A stretch of DNA of 64,000 nucleotides from Polyangiales bacterium (GTDB taxonomy: Bacteria > Myxococcota_A > Polyangia > Polyangiales > JADJQN01). Under the pieces are notes generated by a model. The model made no database searches. It was given only the letters and a program-made list of their open reading frames with translations, and had not been told where the DNA came from. Below, in pieces: positions 9,893-22,902 of this stretch (its first letter is position 1; the number at the start of each line of letters is the position of its first letter). Made by a program: the position numbers and the translations under genes. The DNA is taken from NCBI GenBank assembly GCA_964202905.1, contig CAXNJO010000007.1, positions 128,001-192,000 on the forward strand, written 5' to 3'.

Positions 9893-11353
9893 TCAGCGCG
9901 CCAGCGTGACGGTCCGACGGATCGCGCCGCGCAGCGCGCCGTCGGCCGAGTAGGTGCGGATCTCGAGCGCGCGCTCCCCGAGGGTCGAGAAGGCGCTGCG
10001 CACGGCCCGCCGCGTGCTCCGGGACACCCCGCTGACCGCGTCGACGAGCAGGTAGCCATCGGCGCGCACGTCGATCGCCGCCACGCCCGGCACCGCGCGC
10101 TCGAGGCCGATCTCCCACGCGCCGCTGTCGACCGGGCGGACGTACACCGCCGTCTCGGGGATGGTGTCGATCGACCCGGTCGCCCGCGCGAGCGTGCGGC
10201 CGCCGGCGTCGAGCGCGACGACCTCGAACAGGCGGCCTTCGCCCTCGGACGAGAAGCGCTTGCGGAGCGCGTAGCGGGCGTCCGCGCCACGCGGGCTCGC
10301 GCCGAGCGTGTAGCCGTCCACGAGGTAGCGGACGGAGGACACCGCGGCCGGTGCGCTCGCGGTGAGCGCGTAGTCGCCGTCGGCGAGGCGCTCCCAGGCC
10401 GCACCGAGGACGGGCGTCGCGGGCGCTGGCGCAGGCGCGGGCGCCGGCGCAGGTGAGGGCGTGGGCGTGACGCCGCAACTCGCGCCCAGCGCGAAGCCTG
10501 CGGCCGGGGAGCGCCGCAGACGCGCTTCGGTCGCGGCGCCGTAGTCGCCGTCCGCGGCGACGCGGTCTTCGGGGTGGTTGCGGTTCCACAGCCGCTGGAA
10601 GGCGACGACGGAGAGGGCGCGGATGTCGGTCGTCCCGCCACCGACGAAGTCGAAGTGCACCGGGTCGCTCGGGCCGAGCCACGAGAACCCTTCGGCCTCG
10701 AGGGCCGCGCGCCAGCTCGCGGACGCGTCGATGTCCACGGCGAGCGCGCCGTTGTGGTTGCTCAGGCCGGGCGGCGCCGCGACGGAGACCCCGCAACGGA
10801 TGCCCTGCCAGCGGTAGAGCAGGTACTGCTGCGGCAGCGACCGCAGGCTCGAGTTCACGAAGAAAGTCGAGGACGGGCGCCGCGCCGCGGCACGCCGGAG
10901 CGCCCGCGCCGCCGCCGTCTGCAGCCAGGGCGAGGCGGCCGAACCGAGCGCGAGGTTCGACGGGCCTCGGATCGACGCGAGCGTCCCGGGGCGCAGGCAC
11001 TGCAGCTCGGCGAGCAGCTGCTCCGTCAGGCCGGACACGATGCTCGTGCTGCACGACGCCGTGACGGCCCCGTCGACGGTCAGGGACCGCAACGCCTCGA
11101 CCGTCGCCTCGGTCGGTCCCGTCTCGGTCTCGAGCATGACGACCTCGGGCGGTTCGTAGTCGTCGTGCGTCGGTGCGAGCGTCGGGTCGGTGCCCGCGCC
11201 GGCGTCGCCGGTCGACACGCCGGCGTCGCCTCCGCGTGAGGGAGGGGGGCCGTCGAACGCGTCCGGCGAACAACCCGCGCTCGCGAGCGTGAGGGCGGCG
11301 AGGAGCGCGCCGAGCGCGCGTCGCGGGGATTGGGGGCGGGACTCGTAGGACAC
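9893..11353 (-). CDS. M15-family (VanY-like) D-Ala-D-Ala carboxypeptidase lipoprotein with peptidoglycan-binding domain and C-terminal Ig-like domains
   Basis: Lipobox SAGC; SSLRSLPQQ, PGLSNHNGALAVD (SxHxxxxAxD), DPVHF; AFQRLWN..DGDYGAAT PG-binding helix. Start codon uncertain. Confidence 0.8.
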   Translation of the reverse strand: MSYESRPQSPRRALGALLAALTLASAGCSPDAFDGPPPSRGGDAGVSTGDAGAGTDPTLAPTHDDYEPPEVVMLETETGPTEATVEALRSLTVDGAVTASCSTSIVSGLTEQLLAELQCLRPGTLASIRGPSNLALGSAASPWLQTAAARALRRAAARRPSSTFFVNSSLRSLPQQYLLYRWQGIRCGVSVAAPPGLSNHNGALAVDIDASASWRAALEAEGFSWLGPSDPVHFDFVGGGTTDIRALSVVAFQRLWNRNHPEDRVAADGDYGAATEARLRRSPAAGFALGASCGVTPTPSPAPAPAPAPAPATPVLGAAWERLADGDYALTASAPAAVSSVRYLVDGYTLGASPRGADARYALRKRFSSEGEGRLFEVVALDAGGRTLARATGSIDTIPETAVYVRPVDSGAWEIGLERAVPGVAAIDVRADGYLLVDAVSGVSRSTRRAVRSAFSTLGERALEIRTYSADGALRGAIRRTVTLAR

Positions 11354-11580
11354 GCAAGGCGATAGGCACCTGCCGTGCCGCGCATCGTTTCCGCAGGCGG
11401 CGTCGCGAACGGCCGTGTCGATGCGCGGCGCCGACGCCCGCTGGGGTCGATAGACCTCAGAGCGGGGGCTTGGAGGACCCGGCGCGTCGGGGGGCGGGCG
11501 GCCTCCTGCGGCGGAGTTGGAGCGCGTGCCGTGTCGTTGCGTCGTCGTCGCGAAGGCGGATACGGTCCCGCCCGCCGTCG

Positions 11581-13192
11581 ATGCCTGTTCCCGCGGACGA
11601 ACCCTCACCGATCCCACGACTCCTCGTCCTCGTGCGCGAGCGACGGCACGACGAGGCCCTCGCCGAGCTCGAGACGCTGCTGGCGTCCGGCGAGCGCCCC
11701 GACCACGCGGACCTCGCGCGCTGCCGCGAGCTCATCGCCTGGCACCGACATCTCGTCGCCTGGAACGTGGACGCCGCGCTCGAGCCGACGTTCGAGGCGA
11801 TCGCGCGGCTGGAGCAGGCGGGGCACGGCGAACTGCTCGATTGGGCCTACTCGGGGGCCGGCTTCGTCCTCGGTTTCGTCGGCCACTTCGAGACCGGCCT
11901 CGCGTGGGTCGACCGCGCCGCGGAGCTCGCGCGGGCCCGCGGCGACACCACCGGGCTCGTCCGGATCCTCAACAACAAGGCCGCCATCCTCGCGCTCGCG
12001 GAGGACTTCGAGGCCGCGCTCGCCGCGTTCGCCGAGGCCCTCACGATGATCGACCCCGGACCAGGGCTCGATCGCGTGATGAACCTGCAGAACCAGGCCT
12101 CGACGCGGACCCTGCAGGCGCGCGGCCTCCCCCTCACGGATCCGAATCGCCCAGTGATCTCGGGACGGGCGCTCGCCGCGGCGATGGACGGGCTCGCCGC
12201 GATCGACGCGCAGGCTGCCCCGCGCTGGCGGGCGTGGGGGCTCGGCAACCGGGGCAGCGCGCTCGCTCTGCTCGGTCGCGCGGCAGGCCGAGGCCTCCTA
12301 CGTCGAGGGGTTGCAGCTCGCCGCGTCGGCCCCGCGCACCGCCGTCGAGATCCTCGTCGGGCTCGCGTCGCTGCGGATCGACGCGGGCCGCCACCACGAG
12401 GCGAGCGCGCTGCTCGACGAGGCCGCGACGCGCGCACCGAGCGACGTCTTCGACGGCTCGACCGACCGCTTCATGGAGGCGAAGGTGCGCCTCGAAGTGT
12501 GCGCCGGGCACATCGAGGAGGCGCTCCGCTGGTCCGAGCAGCGCTTCCTGAGGCTGGAGCGGCAGTACCGCACGCGGCTCCGCTACGTGGCGCAGCTCGG
12601 CCGGCTCTCGGCCGAGCTCGACGAAGTGCGGCGCGCCGAGCAGCGCGCGCGGGCGCAGGCGGAGACGATGGCGCGCCGTGTGGAGTTGCTCGCGGGGCAG
12701 TCGCAGCGGTGGATGGACGAAGCCCTCCGCGATCCGCTCACCGGGCTCCTCAACCGCCGCGGGCTCGACGCCGCCGCCGGCGAGCTCTTCCGCCCTGAGC
12801 AGGGCGTGGGCGTCGCGATCATCGACCTCGATCACTTCAAGTCGATCAACGACCGGTTCGGACACGCGACCGGCGATCAGGTCCTCGTCCGAGCCGCCGC
12901 GCTCCTCGCGGGCACGACCCGCGACGGGGACGTCCTCGCGCGCACGGGCGGCGAGGAGTTCTGCGTCCTCTTGAAGCACGTCACGTCGGCGCAGGCGGCG
13001 CAGGCCTCGGAGCGCCTCCTCGCGAGGCTCCGGAGCGCCGACTGGGACGGAATCGTCCCCGGGCTCCGCGTGACCGCGTCGATCGGGCTCGCGCTGCGCG
13101 ACGGCGACGAGACGCTCGAGTCGGTCAGCCGCCGCGCCGACGCCGCGCTCTACCGGGCGAAGGCCGAGGGCCGCGACCGCGTACGGCCCTGA
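11581..13192 (+). CDS. TPR-containing diguanylate cyclase (GGDEF domain), apparent +1 frameshift near 12285
   Basis: N-terminal TPR-like helices; DPLTGLLNRR, IDLDHFKSINDRFGH, RDGD I-site (RxxD), GGEEF, ADAALYRAK. Confidence 0.85.
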
Positions 13193-13395
13193 ACGTCGCC
13201 CGGCGTGCCCGGGCGGCGCGCCGCGACACCGGTCCCCGGCCGTGCGTCGCCGTGCCTGCGGAACGGCCGTGAACACATCCGCCGGCGCCGTCGGTCGTGT
13301 GCCCGCGTCGTGCCCCGCGCGAACACGGCGGGCCCGTGATCCCCGCCAGGACCCCGGATGCGCCGCCGATGCGGGTATGTTAGGCGCCTCGGCCG

Positions 13396-15125
13396 ATGAG
13401 AGACCTGCCCCCACTGCGCGTGGCCCGGCCCGCGTGGGCCGTCGCCGCCTGCCTCTGGCTCGCCGCGGTCGCGTCGGGGGCGCAGGCACAGGATGCGGGT
13501 CGTGGGGTCTCGTCCACGCGGGACGCGGGACGCGAACCGCGCCCGACCGCCGAGGCCGGGAGCGGCGCGAACGCGGCCGGCGATGCCGGGGGTGGGCATG
13601 GGGCGTCGGGCGAGGCAGGCGTCGCGCGCGCTGGGGCATCGGACGCGGCGGTCGGGGAGGGCCCGCGTGATGCGGTCGCGCTCCCGCCGGTCGTGGCGCT
13701 CGATGGGGCGAACGCCGGTCCGGACGCCTCGGCGCCGCGTGCCGATGCGGGCCCCCGCACGGCTGCGTCTGCGACCGTGTCCGGGGCTGCGCCCGGTGCG
13801 TTGCCGGCCGGGCCATCCGCGGACGTGCGCGAGGCGCCCACCGCCTCGCACGAGGCAGGCACGCGCGAGGCCGCGTCGAGCGTCGTCAAGACGATCCTCG
13901 GCCTCCTCGCGCTGCTCGGGCTCGCGGTCCTCGGCGGGCACCCGCGGGTGCGGCGCCTCGAGGGCGCGCTCGGGATCTCGCAGGTCGTCACGGCGGGTTT
14001 CCCCTTCGTGGCGCTCGGTCTCGTCGCGCGGCTGCCCGCGGTGGGGGTGCTCGACGACCGGGTGCTCGCGCAGGTCGCGCCGCTGCTCCAGCTCGGGCTC
14101 GGCTGGGTCGGTTTCCTCACGGGCTATCAGTTCGAGGTCCGCAGCCTCGACGACTTCCCGAAGGGCACGGCGGCCTTCGTGAGCGCGATGACGACGCTGC
14201 CTTTCGTGGTGGTCGTCGCGGCGTGCGGTGGGCTGCTCCTCGCGTTCGGCCAGCCCTGGCAGGACGCCGTCTTCCTGCGCGACGCCGTCGTGCTCGGCAC
14301 CGCGGCGACCATCACCGCGCCGATCGCCTCGGCGCTCGCGCGTGAGCGCGGCGTTGCGCCCGGCACGCAGGCCGTGCTCACGCGGCTCGGGCAGCTCGAC
14401 GACATCGCCGGCATCGTCGGATTGTTGTTTCTCGGCGCGTACTTCCGGCCCGCCGCGGCCGGGGTCGCGTGGGCGCTGCCCGGCACCGCGTGGCTCTTCG
14501 TGACGATCGGCCTCGGCTTCTCCGTCGGCGTCGTCATCTACCTCGTGCTTCGGCGGCCCGCCTCGAACGTCGAGCAGATCGCGCTCGTCATCGGCAGCAT
14601 CGCGTTCGCGGCGGGGCTCGCGGGCTTCCTGCGCGTCTCGGCGGTGGTCGTCTGCTTCCTCGCGGGGCTGCTCGTCGGCAACCTGCCGGGCGACTACCGC
14701 CCCACCGTGAAGAAGGTCCTCCGGCTGCTCGAGCGCCCGGTCTACCTCGTGTTCCTCGTCTTCGCGGGCGCGCTCTGGAACGTGGAGGACTGGCGCGGCT
14801 GGGCGCTCGTGCCGGTCTTCGTGCTCGCGCGGCTCGGCGGGCGCGCGCTCGGCGTCCGCGCGGCCGAGCGCACCGGCGGTGCTAGCGAGCTCGCGCACGG
14901 GCGCGCGGGCGTCGTGCCGGCGCCGATGGGCGCGCTCTCGATCGCGATCGTCATCTCCTTCCAGACGCTCTTCGCGGGGCGCGCGGTGCCGTGGATCGTG
15001 ACGGCCGTCATCGGCGGCGCGATCGTCACGGAGTTCGTCGTGCAGATCGCGCTGCTCGGCGGCCGTGGCCCGACGCTGACGGTGCCTGCCCCCGTCGCGC
15101 CTGCGCCGGGACCGGGGTCCGCCTG

Positions 15126-15126
<1 letters not shown>
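13396..15126 (+). CDS. Cation:proton antiporter (CPA2-like) with long Ala/Gly-rich N-terminal extension
   Basis: About 12 hydrophobic segments; LDDIAG core motif; FLAGLLVGN. Confidence 0.75.
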
Positions 15127-16935
<1,809 letters not shown>

Positions 16936-16957
16936 TCCCGCCTGCGCCGCGTCGGGA

Positions 16958-16978
16958 GACCCCGCCCGCGGCGGGGTC
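16958..16978 (+). terminator. GC-rich hairpin after glnB (no U-tract)
   Basis: GACCCCGCC-cgc-GGCGGGGTC, perfect 9-bp stem. Confidence 0.4.
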
Positions 16979-16990
16979 CGCGGCCGCCAT

Positions 16991-17017
16991 TTTACGGCTC
17001 CGAAACGCGCCCGAAAC
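16991..17017 (+). promoter_or_regulatory. GlnR-box-like 11-bp periodic motif upstream of glnA
   Basis: TTTAC-n6-GAAAC-n6-GAAAC. Confidence 0.5.
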
Positions 17018-17106
17018 GCGCACCACGTAGTGATCGCGCGCCTTCGGGCGCATCGTTCCGCCCGCTCGCATCCCTCGAGCCAGACCCACCCAGCCCTGGA
17101 GTCCGC

Positions 17107-18526
<1,420 letters not shown>

Positions 18527-18567
18527 GGTCCCCCTCGGCGGACTGCGCGCGCGCCGCCCGCGTTTCG

Positions 18568-18597
18568 TTGACGGCGCCGCGCGGCCTCGGATAGCAT
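18568..18597 (+). promoter_or_regulatory. Putative sigma70 promoter for psd operon
   Basis: TTGACG-18 nt-TAGCAT. Confidence 0.5.
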
Positions 18598-18738
18598 CGG
18601 CGGGCTCGTGCGCTCGGATTCCAAGCGTCCGGGCCCGCGCTCGATCGTGCGCTCCGACGACGCACGACCCGGCGACGGCGCTCCCCCCGCCCACGCTCGT
18701 CGCGGCGCCGACACGCGCTCCGAGGGACCCCCGCGACC

Positions 18739-19608
18739 ATGCTCCCCAGCAAAGCCCGTGTCGCCGCCACGCTCCTGCGCGGGCTGCCCCGCAAGCGGCT
18801 GAGCCGCCAGCTCGGGCGTCTCGCGGACCTGCCGTTCCCGGCACCCTTCCTCGACCGCTTCGTGGATGCCTACCTGAAGGCGTACGCGATCGACCTCGGC
18901 GACTACGAGCAGCCCGAGGGCGGCTACCCGAGCTTCGACGCGTTCTTCACGCGGCGTCTGCTCCCCGGGCGTCGCCCGCTCGACGCGGACGAGGGCGCGC
19001 TCCTCTCGCCGGCGGACGGCCGCCTCGAGGATCTCGGCACCATCGAGCGCGGCGCGAAGCTGCTCGTGAAGGGCAAGCGGTACGATGTCGGCGAGCTGCT
19101 CGGGGACCGCTACGAGGCCGCGCGCTTCGAGGGCGGGCTCTTCGCGATCGTCTACCTCTCGCCCCGCGACTACCACCGCGTGCACGCCCCCGCCACGGGG
19201 ATGGTGTCGGCGGCGCGCTATGTCGCCGGGACGCTCTATCCCGTCAACGCCATCGGGATCGAGCACGTCCCGAACCTGTTCGCGGTGAACGAGCGCGTCG
19301 CCATCCACCAGGTGACCGAACGCTTCGGGGAGGTCGTCTCGGTGATGGTCGGCGCCATCGTCGTCGGGCGCATCGGCGTCTCCTTCGACCCCGAACTCGT
19401 GACGAACGTCGGGCGGCCCGCCGTCGCGCGCGACTACGGGGATCACGGTCCGCGCCTCGCCCGCGGCGACGAGCTCGGCGTGTTCCACATCGGCTCGACG
19501 GTGGTGCTCTTCACGACGCGCAGCGCCGGGCTCCGCTTCGTGCGCGGCCCCGGCGACGTCGTGCGGATGGGCGAGGCGCTCGCCCGCCGCGACGGGGGAC
19601 GCCCGTGA
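18739..19608 (+). CDS. psd: Phosphatidylserine decarboxylase proenzyme
   Basis: SFDAFFTR, SPADG, YLSPRDYHRVHAP, NER, self-cleavage motif FHIGSTVVL. Confidence 0.95.
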   Translation: MLPSKARVAATLLRGLPRKRLSRQLGRLADLPFPAPFLDRFVDAYLKAYAIDLGDYEQPEGGYPSFDAFFTRRLLPGRRPLDADEGALLSPADGRLEDLGTIERGAKLLVKGKRYDVGELLGDRYEAARFEGGLFAIVYLSPRDYHRVHAPATGMVSAARYVAGTLYPVNAIGIEHVPNLFAVNERVAIHQVTERFGEVVSVMVGAIVVGRIGVSFDPELVTNVGRPAVARDYGDHGPRLARGDELGVFHIGSTVVLFTTRSAGLRFVRGPGDVVRMGEALARRDGGRP

Positions 19609-22109
19609 GCGACGACGAGCCCGAGCGCCGCGAGCGTCGGAAGACTGCGCGCGCGCGCCGCCTGCGGGTGCCGCTCGACGAGGTGCCGCGTCCACCCGCG
19701 GCGGTCTTCGACGACGCGTTCGACGACATCGAGGTCGAGGTCCCCGAGAGCATCGCGCCCGATGCGCCCGACGCGCCCGACGCGCCCGTCACGCCCGCCG
19801 CGCCCGCCGCGCCCGCCGCGCCCGATGCGCCGCGCTCGCGCCACGCACGCGCCCGCGCCTGACGCCGCGGCGGTCTGCACGGCCGTCCGATGCCGGCCTC
19901 GAGGTGAGCCGCGCCGACACCGGACTCGGGCAACGGCGCGGAGGATTCCCTCGTGCCCGCAGCGCAGGGTTCGCCGGAGTCGCTGTCGCCGCGCGTCTCC
20001 ATCTCTCGGATCTTGAGCGCGCCGCCGCCCGGGTCCGACCGCCCAAGCCTCGTCATCATCCAGCGCTCCGTGGTCATCACGGGTGAGCCTCCTGCGCCGC
20101 GAGAGTCGGCGCCGGCGTTCTCGCCGCCTCCGCTCCGCGTGCCGAATTTCGGCCCGTTCGCGACGGGCGGGCTCGGTACGCTCGAACCCGACACGACCGT
20201 CTTGGCGCCGACCGAGCCCGACACGAACGGCCTCGAGGGCCCTCATGCGGACAACACCGCGCCCGGCACCGAGGAGTCGCCGATCGACGGTCGCCTCACC
20301 GACCCGGATGGGATCCCTGCGGCGGCGGTCGCTCGCGCGCCCGCGTACGAGGTCGGCGCCCGCCCCGCCGTCGACGCGTCGCGCTCGTCGCCGCTGGCGC
20401 GGGAACCCGAGGAAGGCGACGAGGACGACCTCCCCGGTGAGCCCACGCGCGTGACGAAGGGCTCGCGGCCCTCGCTCGGGAGCGCGTCTGCGCCGCCGGC
20501 TGCGTCCCCGCAATCCTTCGCGTCGCCGCGACCGGCCGCGTCCCCGCAACCCTCTGCGTCTGCGCAACCGGCGCCGTCCGCGCTGCGTCGGCCGTCGCAG
20601 CCGCCCGCGTCCGCGCCGCGCCCGCCATCGCAGCCGCCCGCACGGGCACCCTCCCAGCCGCCATCCGCCCTCGCGCGGCCGCTCCCGCCTCCCTCGCGTG
20701 GGGTGTCGCTTCCGCCCTCGGTGCCGCCGCGCCCGCTGCCGCCCGCACGCCTCTCCTCACGTCCCCCGATGTCGGGTGGCGGGTCGTTGCCACCCCCGGT
20801 GCTCCCGCTCTCTGCGCTCGCCGCGTCGCTCCCACCCCCGCCCTCGCTCGAGGGTGGCGCGGACATCGCCGCCGAGCCTTCGGCGGCGACGCGCGAGGCG
20901 CTCGACGCGATGTTCGAGGACATCGCGACGACGGGCACTTCGCAGCCTCCGGCGGCGTCCGCGACGGGCCCCGGGGCGTCGGCGTCCGCTGACCTCGATC
21001 TCGAGCCCGCGATCGCCGTCGAGGAGCTCGCCGCCGACGAACTCGCGCCCGTCGAGCTCGATGCGCGCCCGGTGCCCCCGCCCGCGCCTGCGTTGGCTGC
21101 GCCCCGCCCACCGCCTGCGCCCCCCGGGGCTGCGCGGCCGACGCCGCCCGCGGTCCCGCCCCCCGCGGCGCCAGAGCAGCCTGCAGCGGCGACGGATACC
21201 GCTGAGCCCCCGCGTCGCAGGAAGCGCGCGCGCGTCTGGTGGGAGGACTTCTTCAACGACGACTACCTCCGCACCGTGCGCGCGCCTTCCCACGCGCAGG
21301 TCGTGCGGCAGTGCAATTTCCTCGAGTACAGCCTCGGCCTGCAGAAGGGCGCCACGATCCTCGACGTCGGCTGCGGGCTCGGCCTGCAGGCCGTGGAGCT
21401 CGCGGCCCGCGGCTACCTCGTGGTCGGGCTCGACCTCTCGCTGCCGATGCTCTCGCGCGCAGCGGACGAGGCGCAGGACCGCGATATCAAGATGAACTTC
21501 CTGCACGGCGACATGCGGGAGATGACCTTCGACGGGGCCTTCGACGCGGTCGTCTGTCTCGGAACGACCTTCGGCTACTTCGACGACGACACCAACCGCC
21601 AGGTGCTCGAGCGCATGAAGCGCGCGCTGAAGCCGCAAGGGCTGCTGCTGCTCGACGTCGTGAACCGTGACTTCGTCGTGCAGGGGCAGCCGAACCTCGT
21701 GTGGTTCGAGGGCGACGGCTGCATCTGCATGGAAGAGACGCAATTCAATGACATCACGTCGCGCCTGCACGTGAAGCGCACCGTCATCCTCGAGGATGGG
21801 CGGCAGCGTGAGAACGAGTACGCGATCCGCCTCTACCCGCTGCACGAGATCGGGCAGGTGATGCATCAGATGGGTTTCCGCGTCGCCGAGGTGAGCGGCA
21901 TGGAGGCGACACCCGGCGTCTATTTCGGCGCAACGTCGCCGCGTCTGATTCTGCTCGCGGAGCGGCGCGTCGAGCGCGGCGGGACGGGCACGCTCCCGGG
22001 TGCGCCCGGAAACACGAACCCGCCCGGATCACCGAGCGAGCCGGCCCGCGCGACGCTGCCGGGGGATGCGCCCTTCACCGAGTTTGAGCGGGGCCCCGCG
22101 GAGGGCTGA
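19605..22109 (+). CDS. Class I SAM-dependent methyltransferase with very long Pro/Ser/Ala-rich N-terminal region (several apparent frameshifts at 19830-19935)
   Basis: LDVGCGLG, GLDLS, GDMR, FDAVV, TTFGYF. The GTG at 19605 overlaps the psd stop; the intact frame runs from about 19930 to 22109. Confidence 0.8.
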
Positions 22110-22151
22110 CGGCCCCGCGGGCGACGTACGACACCGCGCGCGGCGACGCCT

Positions 22152-22790
22152 TTAGAATGGCGACGTCGGCTGGCCCCGCAGCGTGTAGCGAGCGCGGCAG
22201 GGCAGGGCGTCGAACTCGCCCCCCTGCGCCGCGAGCAGCGGGGCGCAGTCGGCGCCGCGCGTGACGACCAGTTCGATCACGTGCTCGCCGACGAGCGGCG
22301 GCTCGTCGGTGCCACCGTCCGCCGCCCCCGCGTCGGCGAGCGCGCCGGCGTCGTTCGGCCCCGCGTCGGCGACCACGCCTGCGTCGTTGGCGCCCGCATC
22401 GTCGGCGGCTGTCCCCGCGTCGCCTGCGTCGCCCGACACGCGCCCGCGGATGACCTCGCGCTGCTCGAGCGTGCAGCCGGCGACCTCGACGTCCGCGGGC
22501 CATGCGACGACGGACGCGTTCCGGCGGAACTCGAACGCGCCGTCGTCCGCGCGGAAGCTCCCTGCGACGATGGGCTGCCGCCGCAGTCGCCAGTAGCCGA
22601 CCGCGTTCTCGCCACGCACTTCGACCTCGAAGTCGAGGGTGTCGAGCACGGGGAAGCCCGGGCCACACGTGTTCTCGACGAGCGCGCCCGTCACGCGAAA
22701 GCTGCCGACCGGTTCGCCGGGCCAGGCTGGCTCGCACGCGGTGAAGCAAGCGAGCGCAGCGACCGAACAGGGCAGGAGGGCAGAACGCAT
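22152..22790 (-). CDS. Hypothetical lipoprotein
   Basis: Lipobox FTAC; several Cys; DAG-rich linker typical of myxobacterial secreted proteins. Confidence 0.7.
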   Translation of the reverse strand: MRSALLPCSVAALACFTACEPAWPGEPVGSFRVTGALVENTCGPGFPVLDTLDFEVEVRGENAVGYWRLRRQPIVAGSFRADDGAFEFRRNASVVAWPADVEVAGCTLEQREVIRGRVSGDAGDAGTAADDAGANDAGVVADAGPNDAGALADAGAADGGTDEPPLVGEHVIELVVTRGADCAPLLAAQGGEFDALPCRARYTLRGQPTSPF

Positions 22791-22902
22791 GTCTCGCTAT
22801 CGCCGCAGCGGTCCCGTCGCGTCAAGAAAGCAGCCCGCGCGGCGCAGCCGGGGGTGGCGCGCGGCGCGGCTGGGGGTCGCGCCCCGGCGGGCGCGCAGCG
22901 GA

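Noticed and set aside
7179..9953. Long Arg/Ala-rich ORFs (this 924-aa one, also 28686-31469, 53967-56993 and many others)
   Set aside because: They are shadow ORFs caused by stop-codon scarcity at high GC; they overlap motif-supported genes and have no motifs of their own.
17018..17040. NtrC-binding site (GCACCA-N5-TGATCGC)
   Set aside because: The right half-site matches poorly and no sigma54 -24/-12 element is evident downstream.
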